Below, piece after piece: positions 30,625 to 41,350 of a stretch of DNA of 64,000 nt; the first letter of the stretch is position 1; the number at the start of each line of letters is the position of its first letter. The stretch is from Balanoglossus misakiensis (Eukaryota; Animalia; Hemichordata), in assembly GCA_040954595.2 (NCBI GenBank), contig CM082596.2:467468-531467 (forward strand). The letters run 5' to 3'. The notes under the pieces were generated by a model that made no database searches, had not been told where the DNA came from, and saw only the letters and a list, made by a program, of their open reading frames with translations. The translations under genes and the position numbers were made by a program.

Positions 30625-33600
30625 TTACATAAAATGCGGTTACCTCAGGTCACTGTACAGTTAACTAATTAACTGAACAGTTATATGAAAACAATGGGGA
30701 AAGTAACGATTAAGACCAATTAGCGCCTTCGCAATTTATCAAAAACTTTCCCATTGAAAAGACATGATAGTACTCAGAGTTTTTTATTATTTGATTGTTT
30801 GTTTTAGCTCAGGGGACTTGTGTACGACACTGCAAAAAACGTTAATAGCGGTGATCTTCGGAAGGTCGTGCTGAATACAGACATGGGTTACGTAATATTG
30901 TCTGGCGACTATTTATCCGGTTTACTTACGAGTCAACTACATCGATTGAACTGAAAATCTTCAGTGATCACAACAAATGTTCTATTCATATCCAAATATA
31001 GTTCTGTCGCCTTCTTTCGGGTGACCAAGGACGTCAAACTTAGTGTGATTGTGAAACTTGTTACGTAACGGAAAACGGCGTGAATAGTTACATGCAATCC
31101 GTAGACAACGATCATCATTTTTCGACGCTAGATTGGATCATAATTGTCATTCGCGATCGGTACCCAACAATCCAGAGTAAATCAACTTTATTCAGGAATT
31201 AATATATGTATTAAAGCTCTGAATTCCACAGATAATTAGACTAATATCCGAACTCGACGAGACCCAGCGAAAACTTGTCTGACTTGGCTAGCAACCCGTT
31301 GCTACTGTAATTAACCAAGTTTCGGGAGTTCTCGCAATGGTGAGGGGGAAATAATCTACTAGTATGGGAAAACTGTCACAATACCAAACACCACACTCGT
31401 GTGTGATCCAAGCGTGCTCTAAATGCCAATGTAGTATCTCTGTACATACACAGCCATAGACAGTAGAACCAAATTATGTATTAAGCCATAATTTTGAGAT
31501 AGAATGAGAACATTTTATAAAATTCTAAAACCAATGCTGTTAAAGATAAGCTCTATATTATTTATTTATTTATTTACCACTTGCCCCCTTGCAAGGCCTT
31601 GATGGATGGTATACGGATCGATCGCTATGGAGACCATCAGGTGACTGAAAACGTTAGATCTAGGGTTTTGACCGTTGAGGGCGGGTATCAGACGCAAATA
31701 CAAGTTAAAGAGCGCAAAAAGTTCAAATCGATGACCTTTCCTCCTTTGTAGGTTAGCACATTGTGTCAGCTCACATGTCGAACAAGTGCGTGTCATGCCC
31801 ATGTGTCACATTGCGTAATTATGCGAGTAGGACATCAATTGATAGATGCTTTCTCAGCTAGAGGAACGAGACCACATACGTTACCCCTATATATGCCCTC
31901 AGTAGCTGGGCTCTTCCAGTTGACTGCGAAAGCAACAGCGGATTTGGATAAAGAGCGCTTTTTAAAACTTCGAGAATTCAAGCACCATATAGGTAACACA
32001 AAACAAAATATTCAAATCTGTTCATGTAAACTCTTTTAGAAAGCGACGTCTCCAATTTAATTTGAAGTTAAAATCTTTTGAATCAGAAAAGATTTTGTTT
32101 TCTTAAAACGTGCCGAATTTCTGGTTTTTCATTTAAGTAACCAATCAAAATTAGTTTCGTACACTCGCTTTTATGAAAATGTTTTTTTTGGGGTGGGGGT
32201 TTGCTCGGCTTCTTCGATGAAAATGTGACGTTCAACAAAATCGTGCAACAACATGCACATTGAACATACGCGTGCATTCGAGTGTACTAGTATTAATTAA
32301 ACACGTGAGATGATCCTGTGAATGAGGAACCAAGTTAACGTACATATTATCATAACAAAAATAGCCTCACATGGACAAATCAGTTGAGTAGTTCTCGATA
32401 TGGTCTTTGATAGCCGGTCACGTTTTTCACGTACCAAGATGTATTCCTAAAATAAGTGCATGAGCGAAACAGTTCGGTTATTAAAATGGTCCACTTTGGA
32501 AAATGTCACAATTTAAAATACACTGCCTGTTTTATAGCAGAACTGTTTTGGCCAACTGTTCGGTTCTCTGAGAACTCTGAGCAACTTTATTTTCTGCAGC
32601 TTCAAATGTCGAAATAAGTCTATCATTATAATGAACAGTGCAGCACATTTGTAAAGTGACCACAGGTCCTGCAGTCGCGCATATTTTCGCAAAACAAAAG
32701 ACATTGTATAGAAAATAGAACAGAAAAGTACCCCACTGCATTTTTGACAGGAAAAAAACAGTAACGTCAACGGTACATAGCCGGCAATTTGCATTTTTAA
32801 TAATATGAAGTCACGTTGAAAAGTGGGTAGGTCGCATATGTCTGACTGTTGCCCTGCCCTGTTGTCGGTTTCTCTTGTGTCGATTTCTTAGTTCTCTCGA
32901 AGCAACTGAAATCGCCTAGTATGTGTGTATGCGTTCGTCAAAAACAAACGCGAAAGCTTCAGAACCACCGTAAAAGCCAATGGCACAGAGATCATTATAA
33001 CTACAGTGACACAGCCAAGCCAATTTTAGACCAATGTTTTATACTGGCGAGAGAACAAGGTGACCATGTGTGCTTGTGACACGGGAAATGGAATGATCCA
33101 TGAAACCCCTTGCCTTAGGAGCTCTACTTTTACGTACACATGTCGCTCCACGTGAAATCTGCATATGTAATGAGTGTGTCACTGACTGATATTGAGCTCC
33201 CCTATTTATTGACTGAAAATACGAGTGTCTGTCAGATAGCAAGCTATTTCCACTCAAGACTTCGCATGCATCGTTTCGGAACTCGATCGCACACTTCAGA
33301 GGTAAATCAAGACCTCATCTCTATAGAACTGGTGAGTTTTATTTCAAAGCGATATATACATGTAGTAGTATATACCCACATATTGTATACCATTACCCCT
33401 AGCCTCCCCTAGCCGCTTAAAAACATTTAACTATTTTATCACTATGATCTTTGTATGTGTCGAGTTAGCCAACTTGCGTTGAGTATGGTGAATCTAGTCT
33501 GAAACGGAGAAAATGCTTCATTTGATGTGCAGATCTACACTTTGTTTCTCTTGAAAATTATCTAGTCTCGATCAAGGTTCCTTTGCCGGCATATTGCCGC

Positions 33601-33730
33601 ATGGATACAGCGCTAAGGACGCGTGCCACGGCACGCTCACGTTGACAACCGCGTGAGCACGTTTTCTTTCAATAACATCAAACCTTACAGTGCCAGTAGA
33701 GGGCGCAATACTGATGTCCGGTCACGCGAC
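30625..33730. promoter_or_regulatory. Divergent RAR / NR1D-like promoter region with D-box and E-box motifs
   Basis: D-box-type TTA(C/T)GTAA at 30625 (rc), 30888 and 31061. CACGTG at 32302 and 33149. CACGTT at 32419, 32812, 33638 and 33658. Putative non-coding first-exon donors lie at 30929 (- strand, GTAAGT) and 33332 (+ strand, GTGAGT). Confidence 0.45.
33693..33706 (+). promoter_or_regulatory. CTCF-consensus-like site
   Basis: CCAGTAGAGGGCGC matches the CCASYAGRKGGCRS core. Confidence 0.55.
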
Positions 33731-34185
33731 TCAGCCGAGACAAACTTGTGACTGAATTACATCACAGACATGTGTTTTTTGTAACCTCCAGCACGCATTT
33801 AAATTTGCAATATCAGAAACAAACACCCACTGTTAATAGTCAGAATTAAATGGTGTAAATACCAGGGTGCTAAAATACATCAGAGCTGCATGAAACATAA
33901 AAACCGGCCCTCTACTTTTTTGAAAGCAAATTTACACCAGTTGTCATATCAAACTTCTGAAGAAAAAATACATACAGCTTTTCTATTCTGAATTTTAAAT
34001 GAATGTGTGTCATCATAGTTCGTATCTATGGCACAACTCTCTATGCAAATGACACTGGCAATGTAGAATGTAGTTTATAGAATCATGAAAATGAAGGATA
34101 GTTTGACATCTTAGCATGTCAAAGTACAACACAATTTAACAGAGCATTTTGAAATGATTGTTTTATAGATTTAAATCGTCCAATC

Positions 34186-34287
34186 ATGAGTGCTGTTACA
34201 AATGAAGGTTATCCGGTACTGTGCCGGGTGTGTGGGGATAAAGCCTCCGGATATCATTATGGTGTACATGCCTGTGAAGGTTGTAAG
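34186..34287 (+). CDS. NR1D: NR1D-like coding exon 1 (first zinc finger)
   Basis: [34 protein letters not shown]|GTAAGC; acceptor at 34168/34169. Confidence 0.9.
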
Positions 34288-36629
34288 GTAAGCATACTGA
34301 TTTCCAGTATCAGTTTAGTCATCCATGACCATCAATGACATTTACATATTGGGTTAATTTTTGCTACAGCTCTGCATTAATAATTTGAATAAGATAACTG
34401 AAAACACTGAATTGACATGTTTTTTTTTATGAAAGTTGGTTTTTATCAAATTCTTTGATCAATAAAATGATTGGCATCTAAAGTTTCTATTTTTTTTATT
34501 ATCAGGGATTCTTCAGAAGAAGCATCCAGCAAAATCTGAAATATCCAGTTTGCAGCAAAGGGGATGACTGCTTGATTATGCGAATTAATAGAAATAGATG
34601 TCAATATTGTCGATTCAGAAAATGCTTGGTTGTTGGAATGTCCAAGGATGGTAAGTTATCAGGATAAACTCTAGAGTATATGTATGTCTGCCTGTCTGTC
34701 TATTTGTGTGTGTGTGTGTGTGTGTGTGTGTGACTGGAACAGGGGTAAAATCACTTCTACCAAACCAGACCCCCTCCCCTCCATATTTCTCCTGGGTGGA
34801 GAGAAGTATGGGAAGTATTAAAAGTCGCTCACTGCAACACCACAGCCATTGTAAGGCTTGAACCCAGGATGTTTTGATTATGAATCCATTGTATCTACTG
34901 GGCCATGATGCCTCGCTCCTGTTATGGTAAAAAATAATACGTGGCAACGTGCATATCCTCTGTATGTTTTGACAAACAAAACTGTCCTTCAAAGCTGAAC
35001 AGTTTTCATTATAAAAAATTACTATGACCTTTGATCTAACATGTGGGTATTTTGTTTACCTTCTATTGTTAGCTGTCCGACTTGGACGTTGTCCGAAGAA
35101 ATGTAAACCCAATGGAGCACCATTGCTGATCCAGGTCTGTGACAATAGAGAAGGATCACCAACACTTGAAGATAAACAGATGAAAATTGAACAATTGACT
35201 CTGGGAATCCATGAAGCTCATCTCAAAACTGCCTGGAGTGCAAAACTGTATCCAGAATTTGCTGATCACAAAGAGAAGGTAATTATATTCATTTTTCTTT
35301 CTCTTCGATGTGTACCTCTAACTTGTCATTTTGATCTTTATGCCACGTACCATACACCATTGAATTCAAGAGGGCTAAACACAAAACTGATGATGATAGT
35401 GCAAAGTCCAGATTTTCATTCACTTAATTGTCAACTACTAATTCTTGGAATGTGTTATTTTGTCTCTAGGATTTTGACAAAAGCGAATCATATAATGGCT
35501 CCAATGGTAAATTTGTCATAGAACATAACGGCTACAGCTGGGAAAGAAGTACACAAAGAATCCATGCAAACAATGATATGAACGGACACAATACACATAG
35601 TCAGGGATATTACAGTTTTGGTCAAAATGGCCAATTTGGTCAGAATGGTCTGAATGGCTCTAGCGATCACCATGGCCATTTGAATCCAAACGGTCAGAAT
35701 GGTTCTCACACCCTGATTGGCCGGAGTAATGCTCAGAACGGTTCCTGTCAAAGCAGCCATGTTCAAATTGACCACAATGGTGTCAATGGTGTCAATGGTC
35801 ACATGGTGAAGCAAAAAGTCAAAAGTCATAACAGTCTTCTTCAAGCCATTGCCAGCAATTTCACACCAGCAATCACGAAGATAATACGATTCGCAAAACT
35901 CATCCCTGGATTTGTCAATCTTGACAAAGATGACCAAGTCATCCTACTCAAAGCAGGATCTTTGGAAGTGTTGCTTTTACGAATGGTGCGACTTCTCAAT
36001 GTCGAGAAAGAGACAATAACAGTTACCAATGGCTGCAAGCATACATACTTTATGGAAGACATTCAGGGAAACACAATACGAGAATTATCACAGGATGTGA
36101 TCGCCTTTGCACGTAAACTACTGCCCTTGTCGTTGACTACATGTGAAATGGCACTCTTCAGTGCATTGCTGCTGGTTTCACCTGGTAAGTGTTGCTACAA
36201 GTTTCTTTGAGGTGGAAGGTTAAAAAAGAAAGTTTTCCCGCATGGGCCCGTAGATGGCGCAGTTCTGAAATCATTTTGACATGACAACTCGCACAAGTGA
36301 ATATAAATGAAAAAGCATGTTCCTCTGATGTACTCATTTATCCTTGTGTATTAATTTAATATTTACAATCTTCAACTTAATTTCTATTCTTAGATCGGCC
36401 AGGTCTGCAGGAACCTGATAAAGTGGAACAGTTACAGATGCAAATAGTCCAAGCATTGGAAGCTCAGATTTCTCTTAATCACCACGGAAAATATTTGTTT
36501 CCAACTCTACTGATGAGGGTGGCAGATGCACGCCAATTTAGTACATTGAATTCTGACAAGATGCTGGACATCCTGGATGAAAATTCCACATCGACTGGAA
36601 GTATGGAAGAGCCCATGGATGAAAGCTAA
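34186..36629 (+). CDS. NR1D: Rev-erb/E75-like nuclear receptor (NR1D-like), spliced gene model, 467 aa
   Basis: Exons 34186-34287, 34506-34650, 35073-35278, 35470-36184, 36394-36629 (1404 nt, all GT-AG, in phase). The [84 protein letters not shown] is NR1D-like ([22 protein letters not shown]). The LBD has [18 protein letters not shown]...[18 protein letters not shown], and helix 12 is absent. Exact subfamily placement needs a phylogeny. Confidence 0.8.
34506..34650 (+). CDS. NR1D: NR1D-like coding exon 2 (second zinc finger)
   Basis: 145 nt, atcag|GGATTC...AAGGATG|GTAAGT. Confidence 0.92.
34705..34732. repeat. (TG)n microsatellite
   Basis: Seen directly in an NR1D-like intron. Confidence 0.95.
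35073..35278 (+). CDS. NR1D: NR1D-like coding exon 3 (CTE, hinge, H1)
   Basis: (A)[14 protein letters not shown]...[15 protein letters not shown]...HKEK|GTAATT. Confidence 0.88.
35470..36184 (+). CDS. NR1D: NR1D-like coding exon 4 (N/G/H-rich insertion, LBD H3-H8)
   Basis: 715 nt, in frame with ORF 35578..36210; ends ...[14 protein letters not shown]|GTAAGT. Confidence 0.9.
36394..36629 (+). CDS. NR1D: NR1D-like coding exon 5 (LBD H9-H11, stop)
   Basis: (D)[60 protein letters not shown]...TAA. Confidence 0.9.
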
Positions 36630-37967
36630 TGGAATATTATGGAATGGGATGGGAGGGAATGTCTGTCATGAACTGCAGGCCGGAATGGGAAAGATAGTCA
36701 CAGACTCCAACTCTCACAATGCACTTAACACTTCGTTTGGATAATTTGTCATGGAATAGGGAAACTATACTAACAAACTTGGTGTACTATCCTGGTATAT
36801 AAGTCCCTAACTGTCAGTAGAATTGAAATCTCCACTTGTCAGAATTATATTTTTCATGTATTCGTGATACTCAGGCATTCCTCACGCACTTATGACCTAT
36901 GACCTCATTGATGTTCAAAACCATTGTGTCTTTTAAAACAATAACACTTGATTCCTTCAAGCCAACTGGATTTTGACTTGTGACTGAGTTTTAACAAGCT
37001 ATTGTCTTGTTCTGTTTCTTCTCCACAGCTTTTTCTCGATCGAATTACTGTCAACTTGTGATTCTTTGTTTTCAATGTTTTGATAATTCATGACATATGA
37101 TGAAATCTATTTTTTATTGTCTGTAACAACCAGTCATATTCTGCTGTAGTATTTATTTTGCACTATTCAATAATAATTTTGACAATGTTTAAATCTGATA
37201 ACATCTTTAGTGTTTTTAAGCACATTTTCTTCACAGAAGTTAAGATCGAGATCCTGGTTATGATGCCAGTAAATTTCAGAATATTCTGGAATTCTTAATC
37301 ACTATATTGCAAATGCTTTGAAATATCACCGTTCACAAAATGCCCTTGAACTTTCTTGTTTGTGTCATATTCTTTGGTAAGATTGAGAAATTTAGTTTTG
37401 TGGATTTATGTCTCGATGAGAAACAAAAATATATCACTCTGTGAGCTGTTAAGAGAAAAAAATTAACTCAACCTTGGAATTTTACAGCTTAAGAGGAAAT
37501 TGTCATATTGTCAATTGCTGAAAACACACTGTAGTGGCCTTAATATCTCAAGTGTTAAGAAAGTAATTAAATGAGAGTTCAACTAGGAGCAACAGGCAAC
37601 AAATTGAGATTTTAAAATGTGTCTATCTGTACCACAAAAACATTCCATAGTACAAGAGAACTACAAACCCAGTGGGGATGTCCATGACAGACTGTGTTGT
37701 TTAACGAAGTAACTGAAATGTTGCATTGACACCTTCTAAGGTAGCTTGTGTGAGAATTTTAGACTTAACTGTTCATCTGTTGATGAGTTACACTATATAG
37801 AAGATGGAACTTTGTCAAAATGAGAAATTTAGAAAATGACATTATTTCTTAAGAAATGAACCTCACAAACTACCTTAAAACATAAAAACCCAGCACAGAT
37901 ATTTTCAACTTTGAGGTTTGTTTAACTCAAATCTAATATTGTAATTGTATATATTGTTGTCATGTGA

Positions 37968-37973
37968 AATAAA
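37968..37973 (+). terminator. Candidate polyA signal of NR1D-like gene
   Basis: AATAAA followed by GT-rich sequence, ~1.3 kb after the stop codon. Confidence 0.45.
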
Positions 37974-39449
37974 TGTGTATATATGTCTATGGTGAAACCG
38001 CATGACTGTTGTCTTTGATTGGCCTACAAATCCTAGATCTTTGATTTGCCCAAATATGGTGATTTTATGATTTTATTGGTCTTCTATAGTAACTGAAATG
38101 ATGATTATCAGCTCTTTTGTCTTTTCCACAATGATAAAAACCAAGATTCCATCAGATTGCAAAAAATTGAAGAAAAAAATCAATTCTACCTGAAAGTGAC
38201 GGCTCAAGGAACTTGTTTGTATGAGGCACTCTGCCACACCTGTGTTCTCCAAGAAAAGAACATTGATTTTCTTGAACATCTACGACAAAAGATATTTTCA
38301 TTATGGTCAGCTTGACGTTAGATGGCGCTATAATAACATTTTAACATACCCGATAATTTTCTGCATGAAACTTATGTGCCACCAAAAAAACTCACAAATA
38401 TGCAAAGCAATGTGGTATACAATAGACCCATTTATTAAACACATAATCAACTTTGAAATCATTTAAATTCTGAAAATGCTACATAGTTGACACCAGGGTG
38501 CCTATGACAAAACAAATTTCTAATAAATAAAGAAAAAAACATAAATAAACTTGAAAGGAGTTCACAGATTGGTTTCCTTAAAGTCAAACTCAAAATAACT
38601 AACAGCAATTATATTATTAACTGCTAACAGATGACATTTTGGTAACCATAGCTACCTTTGAATGTCACCTTCTATTTTTACAAATAAGTATTTGTATTTT
38701 TTCTATGGCAACTGCAAGAAAGCTCAAAAGTTATGCAAATACTTTATTACTCTTAAGACGAGGTAGCACATTAGAAAAAGTCATAGGTGGGATCGGTTTC
38801 AAGAATATATAGCAGACACACAGACGCACACATACACACACACAAATACTCTACCATGGTTAGACGTTTCCCACCCAACTGTTGGAACCACACAGAATAT
38901 CCAAGGCTGTTGTACTCTCTTCTATTTGTTGGCTTTTGAGGCCAACATAAAAGTGGCATTCTTGAAAGAGTAGTTTTCTTCCAGATCTGTATGCCAAGAA
39001 GAATACTTCTGACAAGTATTGTACAACAGGTGAGTGAGAACATTCATTCATAATACTGCCAGTCATCAAGCGATGATGAAGCACTCCTAGAGTGCACCCC
39101 CTGGCAGAACACGTTAAGAGAAGTCTACATAGCCCTGTGGAGAGTCCTGAAGTACACACCCAGGGGTGACCATCCTAGAACTACAATGGCTGTTTAAAGA
39201 ATAACTTGCTCAAAAGTTGGCATTGCCCAGGCCAATGACGCTAAACTTTCATTAAAGTTTTGCCATTAATTCTCAGTTTTAAAACTGGAGACATTTGAAA
39301 AATCACTCAACAAGCAGCATAACATCTTGATGTATTATAAACACAAATACTGGTGGGATACCTTGTCTGTGTGTAGATATCAACACAGCTAAAGCAGAGG
39401 TCCACTACTGCCATGGAGATTCATGTCCTGTTTGTTGACAAACCCTGAC

Positions 39450-40348
39450 AGGTCAAAGGCCATCTGAGGGTCAGGGTTCAAGGGGTCAAAAGATGACAGC
39501 AGTGTTTTCAGAACAGTCAGCTCCTTTTTCACTCAATGGATTGTAACTATAGCAACTTAACCCCCTCCTCATCAGTGGTAACCATCGTTACCAGCAAAAC
39601 CTCATCATCATCTTGTATACATTATTTCCAACTACTTTCTAACAATGCACATGATAGAATTACCAAACTTGAAAATTTTAAATGGTGTCTAGTATCTTTT
39701 ACCTACAAATCTGTGACATAAATAACACACAAAGTTTTTTATTGATATTAGTATCTGATTTGACGGTGGGAAGTGGAAAGAGAAGCAGAGACTTCTTCAA
39801 GCAGCTATCAGCGGAGTCTAAAAGCAATAATCAGTCCTACATCCAGATCAATACTCAAATGTCTGAGGCATTGACATACTTCACAAAGGTCAAAGTTCAT
39901 GTCTGGTTTTTCAGCCATTTTGGATTGAGAGCATAGTTTTGTTTTTGGTCGGCCAACATTCTATATAGAAATTTTCCACACTCATCTTATTCACAGGAAC
40001 TTCTCCGCTTAACTGCAGTGTAAATGGGCCAATGGCCTCAGACAACTTTCTCTGAATTCAGAAACACTGATACTTGTGAAATGTGACTTGGATAGATGCA
40101 CAGTAAAAGATTTGCACATAATACACATGGTGACCATAACGTGAGGTTCAAGCTATTTGATATTAAAATCTTTAACATTAAATTAAAACACCTCTCTTAT
40201 CAGAGCGTCAGGTAAGCAACTCCACAAATGAATATGCATGATGATTGGCTGACAATACACATTGTCACATGTAACACTAAGTGAACTCAAAGGTCAGAGG
40301 TCACTTAGTGAACTCAAAAGCGTTTTATGACCCTGGGGTCACAGGTCA
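39450..40348. promoter_or_regulatory. Cluster of nuclear-receptor RGKTCA direct repeats
   Basis: AGGTCAaAGGCCA (39450), GGGTCAgGGTTCAagGGGTCA (39468), AGGTCAaAGTTCA (39887), AGGTCAgAGGTCA (40291), GGGTCAcAGGTCA (40336). Confidence 0.5.
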
Positions 40349-40898
40349 AGCAAGAATACTGACAAATGAAGCAACTCAGAGGGTTTTCAAGACCCCGACA
40401 AAGGTTCTACATCTAAAACATCATTACCATTCATATTCAAATTGAATTTTCAATATAAAATTGAGTAGGTGGGAAGTTGGTGATAGTTCATCTGCAGATA
40501 GCAATATTTCTCCGCATAAAAACTATCGTTAGTATCCTGCTTTCAAAAGCTTGTCTTTTTATCTCAAATATATACCATTATTGTCAGTAACTGATAAAAT
40601 GGAGTTATTCTCCCAAAAGTTTACTCAAATTTCTTGTTAAAATAAAGCTTGAAATCTAAAATTACTTCTGTTTAAAAAACTCGTTAATAGCTTGAATACA
40701 ATAATGACTTACTTTAAGTGATTATGTCAAGAAAACAAAAATAAGTTATCTATGGTCATGACCAGTGTCTGGTGCAATGTACATGGTTGTATATCTTAAC
40801 CATTATAGGTCTATACAAGGTGTTTTCTACATATCTAGAAATTTGAAAGATTCTCATCAATACAGGTTTGATGTTGAGGGGCAGATACCTTCTATCAT

Positions 40899-41350
40899 CT
40901 ATGAGGTACCTGGTAGCGCTTCCGTTACCGTAGCTACATGACTTGCCTGTGGTAGAGACACTATAGTCATGGCTGTAATGGGCGTCTCTCCTAGTTGTCC
41001 ATCTTGCAATGGAACTGATATTATCGTTGGTGTTGGCATGGTGTTTGTTGTCGTGGTGACGTAGGTGACTGCTTGTCCATGACTTTGTTGTTGCGGTGGG
41101 GGTTGTTGCTGTTGTTGTTGTTGTTGTTGCTGTATCTGCTGTGCTTGGGTGGACTGCTGCTGTTGCTGCACCTGTACGGTTTGGGGTGCAGCAGTTGAAG
41201 TCACCATGGTAACTGTGTTGTTCACCTGGGTTGTGCATCCTGTCTTGCTGGGTTGGTTTTTCTTGTTTTGATGCGTTTTCAAGTGTTTGGAGAGATGGTC
41301 ACTTCTCATGAATCGTTTGCAGCATTCCTGACACTGGAAACGTTTTTCTC
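40899..41350 (-). CDS. Sp1-4: Sp1-4 last exon (finger 3 and Q/T-rich tail)
   Basis: cgcag|GA GAA AAA CGT TTC CAG TGT..., with a polyQ tract and a TAG stop. Confidence 0.92.

Noticed and set aside
34186-36629. Calling this gene thyroid hormone receptor, PPAR or ROR
   Set aside because: The DBD motifs ([22 protein letters not shown], 5-residue D-box) and the missing helix 12 fit NR1D/E75-like proteins better.
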